The notes under the pieces: generated by a model
Seen by the model: the letters and a program-made list of their open reading frames with translations, nothing else
Told to the model about the DNA's origin: nothing
The model's database searches: none
In this document: positions 18,434 through 28,103 of the stretch, piece by piece
Numbering within the stretch: position 1 is the stretch's first letter
How the letters are laid out: each line of letters begins with the position of its first letter
Assembly (NCBI GenBank): GCA_963702965.1
Contig: OY969776.1
Coordinates: 2,731,992-2,795,991 of the forward strand
Direction: 5' to 3'
Origin: Terriglobia bacterium
GTDB taxonomy: Bacteria; Acidobacteriota; Terriglobia; Terriglobales; Acidobacteriaceae
Length of the DNA: 64,000 nt
Translations under genes and position numbers: made by a program

Positions 18434-21400
18434 TTGCAGTTGCTCAAACTAAAAAGGCTTCAGATTCTCGGATTCAAGTCGTTTTGTGATCGCACCGAAC
18501 TCAAGTTTCACGGGGACGGCGTCGCCGCCATCATTGGACCGAACGGCTGCGGTAAGTCCAACATTTCGGACGCGATTTCATGGGTGCTGGGCGAGCAGTC
18601 GGCCAAGACGCTGCGCGGGGCGCGTATGGAAGACGTAATTTTCGCTGGCACGCGCGACCGCAAGCCGACGGGCATGGCCGAAGTGGCGCTGACGCTGATT
18701 GATCCGGAAGTGTATGACGGGCCGGATGCGGGCAATCCCACGGAAATCGATATTCAGGATGAGTTGCCGCGGGAAGCCGCCGAGTCTGACTTTGCGGACT
18801 GGAATGAAGCCGAACTGCGGGCGAAAGCAGCCGAAGAAACTGAGAGTCTGACTGAAGAGGCGAGACCGGGAAAAGTAGAGGAAGTTGAAGGGAAAGGTTC
18901 ACCCACCCTTTTGCAGAGAACGCAAAATGGTGGGGCAGCCGCGGGGTTATCGGATGGGGCAGCCCGGCGGTTATCGGATGGGGCAGCCGCGGAGTTATCA
19001 GATGGGGCAGCCGCGGAGTTATCAGATGGGGCAGCCGCGGGGTTATCAGATGGGGCAGCCGCGGAGTTATCAGATGGAGCAGCCGCGGGGTTATCAGATG
19101 GGGCAGCCGCGGGGTTATCAGATGGAGCAGCCGCGGGGTTATCGGATGGGGCAGCCGAAGTCGGAGCCGGTGCGGCCGCCGTGCAGACGGGACCGCAAGT
19201 GGTGCTGAAAATTCGGCGACGCAAATTTCAGCAGAGTTTTCGCGCGGGAGAAATTGTGGTGACACGGCGTCTCTTCCGTTCTGGAGAAAGCGAGTATCTT
19301 CTCAACGGAAAACTATGCCGCTTGCGCGACATTCAAGAACTGTTCATGGGTACAGGCTTGGGGCCGGAGTCATACGCGCTGATTGAACAGGGACGCATCG
19401 GGCAAATTCTCAGCAGCCGTCCGACCGATCGCCGCGCGATTATCGAAGAAGCTGCGGGCATCACGAAATTCAAAACCAAGAAGCGTCTGGCCGAAGCGCG
19501 TCTCGAAGATGCAAAGCAAAATCTGGCGCGCATTAACGATATTTTCGATGAAGTCACGCGGCAGATGAACTCGCTCAAGCGGCAGGCGTCGAAGGCCGAG
19601 CGGTATGCGAAGCTGCGCGACGAAATGCGGGCAAAACTGCGGGTGGTTCTGGCCAGCAAGTTCGTCCAGCTTGATGGTGAAAGCGCGGGGATCAACGCGC
19701 AGATCAATACCTTGGGCGAAGATATTCATCACCATGCGGAGAGCGTGCAATTGCTTGAGACCGAACACGCCGACCGCACGCAGCGCGGCTATGCAGTGGA
19801 GAGTGAAATACGGGAGAACCGCGAGCGCATCAATGAAATCAAGCTCGAAGCGGATCGTGCTGCGGCGCAGCGGCGGCACAACGAAGAACGCTGCACGGAA
19901 TTCACGGTTCGCGCCGCTTCTTCTGATTCTGAGTTGTCACAAGCGCGCCATAAGCTGACCGCACTCGAAGCTGAGCGCGACTCCAATCGCGAGATTCTCG
20001 ATTCCACAGCTTCAGAAGTTGCCGTTGCTGAACAAGAACTCGCGAGTGCGCAACAACGCGCGACTGAAGCAGCCAATGCGCTGACCGAGATGGAGGGCCG
20101 CCAGGAACAATCGCGGGTTGCGATTATTGAAGCCGTTGCCGCGACCGCAAACTTGCGCAATCAGCTCACTCAATCGGAAGAGCGGGTTGCGGCCATGGAC
20201 CGTGAAGCGCATCGCTTGCAGACCGAGGCTGCGACGGCGAATTCGCAGGTCGAAGCCTTTGGCGGACAACGCGGCCAAATTGCCATTGAGTTTGAGACGG
20301 TCTCGCAACGTCTCAATGGATTAACCGCGGAAATTTCTGCTTCACGCGAGTCACTCGTGAGTAAACGCAGCGACGAGGCCACGGCCAAGCACCACCTGGA
20401 TGGTCTGCGCGCGGAATATGCGACCGCACTGGGGAAAAAGGGCTCGCTCGAGGCCGTCATCGCGGAACACGGTTACTCAACCGAGTCCGTGCGCCGCCTG
20501 TTCCAGTCGGGAGTCATGGCCAGCGGCCACGCGCCGGTGGGAGTTCTGGCTGATTTTCTTGAAGTTGAGAATCGCTACGAAGGCGTCGTGGAAGATTTTC
20601 TGCGCGACGAGTTGAACTACATAGTCGTGAAGTCGTGGGACGCCGCCGATGAAGGCTTACGTTTGCTGCGTTCTGATGTAGATGGGCGCGCGACGTTCCT
20701 GGTCCACCCCGAGGACTCACAAGCGAAGTTCTCTTTTGTGCTGGATGAAAGCCTGCATCATGCGCCCCCAAGCCATCCCGTGGTTCCATTGAAAAGCACG
20801 ATTCGGGTGCTGGACGGCTTCGGCAAGTCGCTGGAAGTGATTCTGCCGAAGCTCCGCGACGGTTACATCGTGCCTGATTCCGGCATTGGCCGCGAATTGG
20901 CGCTGGAAAATCCAGATGCATTCTTTCTGTCGCCTTCCGGCGAGTGTTTCCATAACGTCACGGTAACCGGAGGCAAACAGCGCAGCGAAGGGCCACTGTC
21001 GATGAAGCGTGAGCTTCGCGAAGTGGCGAGGCAGATGAATGATCTTGAAGGCGCGCTACGCGAGGAAGAGACCCGCGTGCTGCGGCTTGGACATGAAATC
21101 AAAGACCTCACTTCCCTGCTCGACCGGCTGGAAAGCGAAAAGCGGGAAGCGGAAAAACAGGCCATGACGGCGGGGCATTTACTCGGTCAACTTGATACTG
21201 AAATGACCCGGGTGCGCGAGCGGGCGGAAACATGCCAGCGCGAATTGACACGCCTCGCCGCAGATCGAAGTGAGCAAACCACTTTGATTTCGGCTCGCAT
21301 GGCGGAGGTTGCCGCGCTTGAACAGATGCGAGTGGAGCGCGAGCAGCAAGCCCTTCAAATGCAGGCGGAGTTAAGCAGCTTGCGTGAAGGCCGTGACCTT

Positions 21401-22537
21401 GCCTCGCAAAATGCGACCGAACGCCGCGCTCACATGGCCACGATGGAAGAGCGTCGCCGCGCCGCCGCAGCCGTAGTGGAGCGCATCGAGTCGCTGGTGG
21501 CCGAATTGCGTGAGCGCGTTCAATCGCTGGCCGCGCAGATCGAATCCGCAAATGCGGAAAGAATTCGGCGGGAAACTGAAAACCAGCAGATCGCTGTTCG
21601 ACTCGAAGATCTCGAGGCGGAACGGAACGCTACGCAGGCGCGAGACGGCCTGCTGCAAGTGGAGTCCGATCAACTCCGTGCCCGACTCGCGGAGATCGAC
21701 GAGACGCTTCGCACCGCCCGCACTCTGCTTGATCAGGCTCGTGACCGTCGCGGCGAACTGCAAGCAGCCGCTGCAAAATTGCAAGCCGACGCGGAGTACA
21801 TGGCGCAGACCTGCTTGAATGAACTGGGCATCGAACGTCCGGAGCTTATGGCCGATGGCACGATTATTGCCGTTGCAGGTGACGAGCTTATCCAGGAAGA
21901 CGAGGCCTATCGCGATATGCGCGGCCGCCTCGACGCCATGGGTCCGGTAAACATGATGGCGCTCGATGAGTACAAAGAAACAGCCGAGCGCCATGGTTTT
22001 CTTGAAGCTCAACGCAAAGACCTGCTCGATTCAATCGAAAACACTCAAGCAACAATCAAAGAAATCGACGTTTTCTCACGCCGGAAGTTCGAGGAGGCGT
22101 TCCATAAGATCAACGAAAACTTTGGCGTGACTTTCCGCAAACTCTTTGGCGGCGGCCATGGGTTCATGCGCCTCACTGACGAAGAGAACAGCGCAGAAAG
22201 CGGCATTGACGTGGTCGCGTCGCCTCCGGGCAAGAAGCTGCAAAATGTCCTCTTGCTATCGGGCGGCGAAAAGGCCCTCACTGCACTGGCGTTGCTCGTC
22301 GGCATCTTCCAATACGCGCCCAGCCCGTTCTGCATTCTCGACGAAGTGGACGCGCCGCTCGACGAGGCCAACATTGGCCGCTTCACCGAATTGGTGAAGG
22401 AGATGAGCGTACAGACACAATTCGTCCTCATCACCCATAGCAAGAAAACGATGAGCATCGCGCCTGTGCTGTACGGCGTGACCATGCAAGAGCCGGGCGT
22501 TTCGAAGCTGGTGTCGGTGAGGTTCGGCGCGGCGTAA
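18434..22537 (+). CDS. smc: chromosome segregation protein SMC (with large head-domain insertion)
   Basis: Walker A GPNGCGKSN, VTRRLFRSGESEYLLNG, long coiled coils, signature LSGGEKALTALALL and Walker B FCILDEVDAPLD. The probable start is TTG 18440 (MLKLKRLQILGFKSF) after AAAAGGAG. 1367 aa is long for an SMC. Confidence 0.95.
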   Translation: MQLLKLKRLQILGFKSFCDRTELKFHGDGVAAIIGPNGCGKSNISDAISWVLGEQSAKTLRGARMEDVIFAGTRDRKPTGMAEVALTLIDPEVYDGPDAGNPTEIDIQDELPREAAESDFADWNEAELRAKAAEETESLTEEARPGKVEEVEGKGSPTLLQRTQNGGAAAGLSDGAARRLSDGAAAELSDGAAAELSDGAAAGLSDGAAAELSDGAAAGLSDGAAAGLSDGAAAGLSDGAAEVGAGAAAVQTGPQVVLKIRRRKFQQSFRAGEIVVTRRLFRSGESEYLLNGKLCRLRDIQELFMGTGLGPESYALIEQGRIGQILSSRPTDRRAIIEEAAGITKFKTKKRLAEARLEDAKQNLARINDIFDEVTRQMNSLKRQASKAERYAKLRDEMRAKLRVVLASKFVQLDGESAGINAQINTLGEDIHHHAESVQLLETEHADRTQRGYAVESEIRENRERINEIKLEADRAAAQRRHNEERCTEFTVRAASSDSELSQARHKLTALEAERDSNREILDSTASEVAVAEQELASAQQRATEAANALTEMEGRQEQSRVAIIEAVAATANLRNQLTQSEERVAAMDREAHRLQTEAATANSQVEAFGGQRGQIAIEFETVSQRLNGLTAEISASRESLVSKRSDEATAKHHLDGLRAEYATALGKKGSLEAVIAEHGYSTESVRRLFQSGVMASGHAPVGVLADFLEVENRYEGVVEDFLRDELNYIVVKSWDAADEGLRLLRSDVDGRATFLVHPEDSQAKFSFVLDESLHHAPPSHPVVPLKSTIRVLDGFGKSLEVILPKLRDGYIVPDSGIGRELALENPDAFFLSPSGECFHNVTVTGGKQRSEGPLSMKRELREVARQMNDLEGALREEETRVLRLGHEIKDLTSLLDRLESEKREAEKQAMTAGHLLGQLDTEMTRVRERAETCQRELTRLAADRSEQTTLISARMAEVAALEQMRVEREQQALQMQAELSSLREGRDLASQNATERRAHMATMEERRRAAAAVVERIESLVAELRERVQSLAAQIESANAERIRRETENQQIAVRLEDLEAERNATQARDGLLQVESDQLRARLAEIDETLRTARTLLDQARDRRGELQAAAAKLQADAEYMAQTCLNELGIERPELMADGTIIAVAGDELIQEDEAYRDMRGRLDAMGPVNMMALDEYKETAERHGFLEAQRKDLLDSIENTQATIKEIDVFSRRKFEEAFHKINENFGVTFRKLFGGGHGFMRLTDEENSAESGIDVVASPPGKKLQNVLLLSGGEKALTALALLVGIFQYAPSPFCILDEVDAPLDEANIGRFTELVKEMSVQTQFVLITHSKKTMSIAPVLYGVTMQEPGVSKLVSVRFGAA
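18902..19156 (+). repeat. REP arm plus 9 x 24-nt tandem repeat embedded in frame in smc
   Basis: CCCACCCTTTTGCAGAGAACGCAAAATGGTGGGGCAGCC (18902-18940), then nine 24-nt copies of GCGG(G/A)GTTATC(G/A)GATGG(G/A)GCAGCC (18941-19156). They encode PTLLQRTQNGGAA followed by octapeptide repeats of the LSDGAAA(G/E) type. Confidence 0.9.
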
Positions 22538-22763
22538 TTTTGGATGAGTCGGGGAGCGGGTATGTTTTCAGGAGTAGCCGGTGGAGCGCGCTGAGATTTT
22601 AGCGCTACGATATCCACTTCCCTCCTCAGCTTTTCCACAATGCGACTTGCCTGAATCCCTTGTCCGTAGCGGCTTCCACCGAAGCCGCTTGCTGTCAACT
22701 TTTTCCCATCGGGCAGAAGAGAAACTTCTTGCATATCTTCCTGCATATCCGGCACAGAAATCA

Positions 22764-22791
22764 TTGACAAAATATTTTGAGACGCTAGAAT
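22764..22791 (+). promoter_or_regulatory. sigma70-like promoter for purC
   Basis: TTGACA (22764-22769), 16-nt spacer, TAGAAT (22786-22791), about 30 nt upstream of the purC ATG. Confidence 0.5.
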
Positions 22792-22823
22792 ACCCCTCTG
22801 ATTCCTGCCTGTAGAATTCCAAT

Positions 22824-23735
22824 ATGAGCACAGACACTCTCGACACCGTCCTGCTTCGCACAGATTTTCCCGATCTCAATCTGCACGCCAGCGGCAAGGT
22901 ACGCGATGTTTATGAAATTGACCGCGACCACCTGCTGTTCGTTGCCACTGACCGCATTTCTGCGTTCGACTACGTTCTGGCCACCGGCATTCCGCACAAA
23001 GGCCAGGTTCTCACGCAGATTTCACTGTTCTGGTTCGAGTTCCTCAAAGATGTCATCGCCAACCACGTGGTCACCGCTGACGTGAATCAGTATCCCGCGC
23101 CGATTCGCAAGTACGCCGATCAATTGCGCGGACGCTCGATGCTTGTCAACCGCGCCGAAATGTTCCCCGTCGAATGTGTGGTCCGCGGTTATATTTCCGG
23201 TTCTGCCTGGAAGGAATACAAAACCACGGGACGGGTTTGCGGCATCGAGTTGCCCAAGGGATTGAAAGAGTCCGACAAGCTGCCCGAGCCGATCTTTACT
23301 CCGGCAACTAAAGCCACCACTGGGCACGACGAAAACATTCCATTCAGCGAGATGTGCCGCATTGTTGGCGAAGAGTTGAGCCGTCAATTGCGCGATGCCA
23401 CGCTGAAGATTTACACCAAGGCAGCCGATTATGCCCGCACTCGCGGCATTATCATCGCCGATACGAAGTTTGAATTTGGCATGACCGGCAAAGGCATCAC
23501 CCTGGCGGATGAAGTCCTCACGCCAGATTCCTCCCGTTTCTGGCCCGCTGACAAATACCAGCCGGGCAAGGCGCAGGAGTCGTACGACAAGCAGTTCGTT
23601 CGCGATTACCTTGAAGAAATTCACTGGAACAAACAGCCTCCGGCACCGGCCCTCCCCGCCGAAGTCGCTCGCCGTACCAGCGAAAAGTACGTCGAGGCTT
23701 ACGAGCAGTTGACCGGGCGCAAGCTGAATGTTTAG
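22824..23735 (+). CDS. purC: phosphoribosylaminoimidazole-succinocarboxamide (SAICAR) synthase
   Basis: 303 aa long-form PurC: SGKVRDVYEIDRDHLLFVATDRISAFD...IIIADTKFEFG. Confidence 0.9.
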   Translation: MSTDTLDTVLLRTDFPDLNLHASGKVRDVYEIDRDHLLFVATDRISAFDYVLATGIPHKGQVLTQISLFWFEFLKDVIANHVVTADVNQYPAPIRKYADQLRGRSMLVNRAEMFPVECVVRGYISGSAWKEYKTTGRVCGIELPKGLKESDKLPEPIFTPATKATTGHDENIPFSEMCRIVGEELSRQLRDATLKIYTKAADYARTRGIIIADTKFEFGMTGKGITLADEVLTPDSSRFWPADKYQPGKAQESYDKQFVRDYLEEIHWNKQPPAPALPAEVARRTSEKYVEAYEQLTGRKLNV

Positions 23736-23768
23736 AGAACTGCCTCAGGGGTCGCACGCGAGGCAGAC

Positions 23769-24335
23769 ATGAATTGGGCGGCATTCAATCTGACCGACTG
23801 GGTCATCCTGGCGGCCATCTTGGCTTTTGTTGTTTCGGCGATCATCGCGGGCTTTTTTCAAGAGGCCTTCGGCATAGCCGGTTTGGTTTGCGGTTATTTA
23901 TTGGCCGCGTGGCAGTACCATCACGTGGCCGCGTGGCTGGCCCGCTTCGTGAAGGCGGAGTGGGTGGCGGAAATTGTCGCATTTCTGGCAATTTTCATTG
24001 CGGTGATGGTGGTGGCAGGAATTGCCGGGCGCATGGCCCACTGGGCCATGAAGAAAGCCGGTCTGAGTACGCTTGATCGCGTGCTTGGCGGTTTTCTTGG
24101 CCTCCTGCGAGGCGGCTTGACGGTGGCAATCGTATTGGTGGCGATGGCGGCGTTTACGCCTTCGTCGCAGTGGCTGGAGGGGTCGCAACTGGCTCCCTAC
24201 TTCCTGGTGGTTGGACGTGCGGCAACCTGGGTCGCGCCTTCGGATTTGCGGGCGCGGTTTTATCAGGGGCTAGATTTGCTGCGGCATCAGGCGGAAAAGG
24301 TGGAGTCGGGAGCGCATGCCGCCTCTGGCAAATAG
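23769..24335 (+). CDS. cvpA: CvpA family membrane protein
   Basis: 188 aa with 4 hydrophobic helices. N-terminus (FNLTDWVILAAILAFVVSAIIAGFFQE) resembles CvpA/colicin V production protein. Synteny next to a purine gene. Confidence 0.65.
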   Translation: MNWAAFNLTDWVILAAILAFVVSAIIAGFFQEAFGIAGLVCGYLLAAWQYHHVAAWLARFVKAEWVAEIVAFLAIFIAVMVVAGIAGRMAHWAMKKAGLSTLDRVLGGFLGLLRGGLTVAIVLVAMAAFTPSSQWLEGSQLAPYFLVVGRAATWVAPSDLRARFYQGLDLLRHQAEKVESGAHAASGK

Positions 24336-24386
24336 GCCGGATAGATTCCGGCCGGTTCACACTACATTTTTAGGAAAAGAGATCCT

Positions 24387-24665
24387 GTGAGAGACCAGCT
24401 TGAAGCGCTCATCATGCAGATGTACAAGAGCAATATTCTTTACTCCGAAGCCGTACGGGAATTCAAAAAACGTTTCATATTGACCGTGCTTCAGGAGAAC
24501 AAAGGCAACCAGTGCCGCGCGGCCAAGCAGCTCGACATGCACCGCAACACGCTCAGCCGTACCATCCACGAGCTCAAGATTGACATCCGGCAACTGCGCG
24601 ACGGCGGTAAGCGTCCGCCTCGCAGCGCTCGCCCGATGGGATATGAGAAGAAAGCCGTGCGCTAG
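24387..24665 (+). CDS. Fis-family helix-turn-helix DNA-binding protein
   Basis: 92 aa with a C-terminal HTH_8 type motif (GNQCRAAKQLDMHRNTLSRTIHELKI). GTG start; alternative ATG at 24414. Confidence 0.65.
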   Translation: MRDQLEALIMQMYKSNILYSEAVREFKKRFILTVLQENKGNQCRAAKQLDMHRNTLSRTIHELKIDIRQLRDGGKRPPRSARPMGYEKKAVR

Positions 24666-24696
24666 TCGTTACTCAGGAAGCAAGGAATACAAAGGG

Positions 24697-24728
24697 CAAA
24701 AAAAGGCAGCCTTCGCAGGCTGCCTTTT
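24697..24728. terminator. bidirectional intrinsic terminator between convergent genes
   Basis: A-run, GGCAGCC-TTCGCA-GGCTGCC, T-run. Confidence 0.7.
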
Positions 24729-24747
24729 ACTTGTGTTTTACAAGACT

Positions 24748-26016
24748 CTATTTGCGCGTCGGACGGTGATGCACTGGGGCTTTCTTCGGTTCTGCTTTGG
24801 TCAACAACGCCCCCTTTTCCATCACCATCACGAAGGGATCTGGCGTGTAGGAAGTTGGCGTACCCTGGAAGTCCAGCAGGCTGCCTTCCTTGGGCATCAG
24901 CTTCGCGGGAATCGGGCCGTCCATAGTCAGCATGATGTCCACACGTTTGGCATCAATGTCATCTGAACTTCCCGCCAGCTGAACTTTTTCGGTCTCAGCC
25001 GTGATGACTTGCGCCGCCATCTGCAACGGCACGCCCTTGATCGCGCTCCAAACCTTGTCGGCATCTTCCGGCTTGCCCTTGGAAAGCACCAGCTCCCACT
25101 CCGCAAAACTCATGTCCTTGGGGGCCTTGTTCTTGACTAGGTCCGCAGCCTGCTCAGCCGGCGTTGGTGGCACGTATTTCTGCACCGTAAAGTTCGCGGG
25201 CGGAAGCGGATTCGCCTTGGCAGCGGCCATAACATCGTCCCAACCCGTATCCGATCCGTGATATTTGGTGTAGACGCTCTTCCCGTAATTCGTAATCTGG
25301 GTCTGGCCCGCGCCTTGGGCAAGGTTCGCCGCCCGCGCGATGAAGAACAAGCCGTTCACCGTATCCGGAGGGTTCGCAGTGAGATAAGAAAGCGCCAAAG
25401 GATAAACGTCTTCGAGATTGTTTGGGTTGGCAGTCACGGCAGCCAACAGATCCTTCTGCGCCGTGGCCGTGTCTTTCATCTGCAAGGCCGAGAAGCCTGC
25501 GACGCTATTAAGCAATCCACCCAGCTCGGTTTTCTGCTTCTGGAAATCGGCATCAGAAACGCCATCAGGGCGGGACATCTGCGGCAGCGCCTGGAGGCCT
25601 TTTTCAGCGTACTGGCGCGCGTCGGGCCACTTTTGGGCGGCACGGTTGCTATAAGCTAGTAAGGCCAAGGCCCGCACGTTGTTCGGGTCGACTTGTAACA
25701 GGCGATTGGCGGTATCGTTCATTTTTGCGGCGTTGCCTGTTTTCTGATAGGAACTCATCAAAAGTTCAAGAGCGTCCGGCTTCATGACGCTATTCGGATA
25801 CTGCACCAGAAAGGCTTCCAATCCGCTGATCTTGGCCGCGGGGTCAGCCTGTTGCACGGCACCCACATAGGCGTTGTATTCCGCAGGGTCTTTGATTTCT
25901 TTCTTTTGCGGGGCGGCGGCGGGCTGGCCTTGGGGCGCGGCGGCTGGCGTGCTGGATTGCTGCCCGAACGCGGTTCCTGCCACTGCGAGCACCAACGCCA
26001 CTAGGGTCTTATTCAT
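24748..26016 (-). CDS. TPR-repeat protein with signal peptide
   Basis: 422 aa. Signal peptide MNKTLVALVLAVAGTAFGQ, a Pro/Ala-rich linker, then TPR-like helical repeats (ALELLMSSYQKTGNAAKMNDTANRLLQVDPNN..). Confidence 0.65.
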   Translation of the reverse strand: MNKTLVALVLAVAGTAFGQQSSTPAAAPQGQPAAAPQKKEIKDPAEYNAYVGAVQQADPAAKISGLEAFLVQYPNSVMKPDALELLMSSYQKTGNAAKMNDTANRLLQVDPNNVRALALLAYSNRAAQKWPDARQYAEKGLQALPQMSRPDGVSDADFQKQKTELGGLLNSVAGFSALQMKDTATAQKDLLAAVTANPNNLEDVYPLALSYLTANPPDTVNGLFFIARAANLAQGAGQTQITNYGKSVYTKYHGSDTGWDDVMAAAKANPLPPANFTVQKYVPPTPAEQAADLVKNKAPKDMSFAEWELVLSKGKPEDADKVWSAIKGVPLQMAAQVITAETEKVQLAGSSDDIDAKRVDIMLTMDGPIPAKLMPKEGSLLDFQGTPTSYTPDPFVMVMEKGALLTKAEPKKAPVHHRPTRK

Positions 26017-26324
26017 TCGACTGGCTCCTTGAAGGTATCGGGAAAATCCAAATATCAGAAAACAGCTGAAAGCTCATCTTACCAAAACGACTGCAAATAC
26101 GGCACTTGCGTGCGGTCCCAGAGGGCGTCGGCATTGCAGAACGGTATTGCCCCGGGTACGCTTGCTTGATATCTGGTGAACGGATTATAAGGATGTCGTG
26201 TGGTGAAGGCAAGCTTTTCCCGTGTCCCCGATGCTTACCAGAACATCGTAGGTAAGATGCGGTCTATAGCCATAAGGTGACGCGAGCGATAGCACAGATT
26301 AGAACAAATTCACGGGGTGCGGGG

Positions 26325-27053
26325 ATGCCAGTCGAGATTTTAGAGCCGTTAAGAGGCAAATGCGCAGTTATCACTGGGGCCGGACGTGGCATTGGGGCCG
26401 CGATCGCGCAAAATTTGGCCCGGCGCGGCGCCTCCGTCGTGCTGGGAGGCAGAAGTAGAGGCCCCCTCGATGCGACCGCCCAGAGCATTCGTCAGGCTGG
26501 AGGCAAAGCCGAGGTTTGCATTTGCGACGTGGCCAGTCTGGAATCTACAAACGCGGCGGCAGAATTTGTTGGCCGTGAATTCGGCCGCGTTGATATTTTG
26601 GTAAACAATGCCGGCGTACGGGGCATCGTGGGCCCACTCCACCAAATGCCGCCCGATTCCTGGGACGAAGTCATGAACGCCAATCTCCGCGGGGTGTTCT
26701 ATTGCATCCGGAGTTTTACGCCGCTACTGATTCGCTCCGGCGGCGGCCATATTATCAACATCTCATCGCTGGCTGGAAAAAACGCGCTGCCGAATGGGGC
26801 AGCCTACTCCGCGTCTAAGTGGGGCCTCAACGGATTGAGCTACTCCATCGCTGAGGAGCTTCGACCGCATAATATACGCGTGTCGGTCATATGCCCCGGT
26901 TCGGTGCACACAGAGTTCAGTCCACACGAAGGCAAAGACCCGGGGAAAATGCTCCAACCCGCAGATATCGCGCACACCGTGGAAATGCTGGTCACACAAG
27001 CGCCGCAATCCTTTGTTAGCGAGATCTTAATTCGCCCGGCGCAGAAGCCATAG
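26325..27053 (+). CDS. SDR family oxidoreductase
   Basis: TGAGRGIG cofactor motif, NNAG, and catalytic S...YSASK. The ATG at 26325 is preferred over the GTG at 26277. Confidence 0.85.
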   Translation: MPVEILEPLRGKCAVITGAGRGIGAAIAQNLARRGASVVLGGRSRGPLDATAQSIRQAGGKAEVCICDVASLESTNAAAEFVGREFGRVDILVNNAGVRGIVGPLHQMPPDSWDEVMNANLRGVFYCIRSFTPLLIRSGGGHIINISSLAGKNALPNGAAYSASKWGLNGLSYSIAEELRPHNIRVSVICPGSVHTEFSPHEGKDPGKMLQPADIAHTVEMLVTQAPQSFVSEILIRPAQKP

Positions 27054-27086
27054 CTTTAGAATGCAAAATTGATTCAGTAGTAGTCG

Positions 27087-28043
27087 CTAGGGAATAATCA
27101 CGAGGCGTTTGCCGGGTTCGTTTCTCTGCCACGCGCTTTCAATCTCCGCCAGAGGTACTCGTTCGGCGTCAACACGCAAATTGCCCTTCGCGCCGTGGGT
27201 CATAACTTGTTGAATGGCGTCCAGCAGTACTTCACTAGGCGGGATCCCGGCGGTCCCCATGATCGAGATGGCTGTGCTCCGCAAAACAGCGGCTGGCAGC
27301 GAAATCGTGGCACCGGCGCTCTCACCAACCTGAACCAAGCGTATCTCCGAGGTGATGGCGGCAAATTCATTGCGCGTAACGGAAGAAAGAAAGACTTCGA
27401 CTGGGTGGCCCCAGACATAATCAATCACAACCTGAAAACCGGCATCGCCAGCTGCACGGACGAATGCTTCGCGCAGTTCCTCATCAGATGTATCGAGACG
27501 GATTGTGGCGTCCGCGCCTTGTTTGAGCAACTCGCTGAGAACTTGCGCATTCCGGCCAGCGGCGACCACTCGCTGTGCGCCGAGAATTTTGGCGATCTTC
27601 ACTGCCAGCCCTCCCGTAACGCCAGTGGCCCCGAGAATCAATGCATTTTCGCCCGGCTTGAGGTTGGCACGATGGGCAAGCGTCAGCCAGGCAGAAACCC
27701 CCGGATTGGGAAGGGCCGCGGCATTTATATCGTCCAGACCTTCAGGAATGGGAAAACAGAACGCGCGCTTCACCACAGTCCGTTCTGCCATAGATCCGTA
27801 GGGAGGTCTCGCTCCAAAATAAACGCGCTCGCCGTTGGGGAGGACTCCCACACCATCAGAGCCGCAAACTACCGGAAGCGCACGCGGACTGGCATAGTGC
27901 GCACCCTGCGCCATCTGCCGGTCAACCGGCTTCAGGGCCGCAGCGTGGACTTGCACAACAACATCGCCCTCCCCGGCGGCAGGATCGGAAAATTCCTCGC
28001 AGCGTGGCGATTGGCCCAGCTTGTGGAGTACGGCAGCGCGCAT
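27087..28043 (-). CDS. MDR-family quinone oxidoreductase / zinc-type alcohol dehydrogenase-like protein
   Basis: MRAAVLHKLG start with GGAGAG RBS (the ORF track starts at TTG 28064). GATGVTGGLAVKIAKILGA nucleotide-binding fold. Confidence 0.75.
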   Translation of the reverse strand: MRAAVLHKLGQSPRCEEFSDPAAGEGDVVVQVHAAALKPVDRQMAQGAHYASPRALPVVCGSDGVGVLPNGERVYFGARPPYGSMAERTVVKRAFCFPIPEGLDDINAAALPNPGVSAWLTLAHRANLKPGENALILGATGVTGGLAVKIAKILGAQRVVAAGRNAQVLSELLKQGADATIRLDTSDEELREAFVRAAGDAGFQVVIDYVWGHPVEVFLSSVTRNEFAAITSEIRLVQVGESAGATISLPAAVLRSTAISIMGTAGIPPSEVLLDAIQQVMTHGAKGNLRVDAERVPLAEIESAWQRNEPGKRLVIIP

Positions 28044-28103
28044 CGGGGTTCTCTCCGGATTCAAACTGCGGTGGAAGTTTAACAGAACACAATCGCCGCA
28101 AAC

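Noticed and set aside
18159-18452. 97-aa ORF upstream of and overlapping the smc start.
   Set aside because: It has no RBS, atypical composition, and overlaps the smc RBS and start. The region is treated as non-coding leader.
18531-19265. ORFs 18531-19265 (minus), 18754-19224 (minus) and 18885-19208 (plus), which overlap the smc repeat block.
   Set aside because: The 24-nt periodic sequence keeps several frames open. They lie inside a strongly supported smc reading frame.
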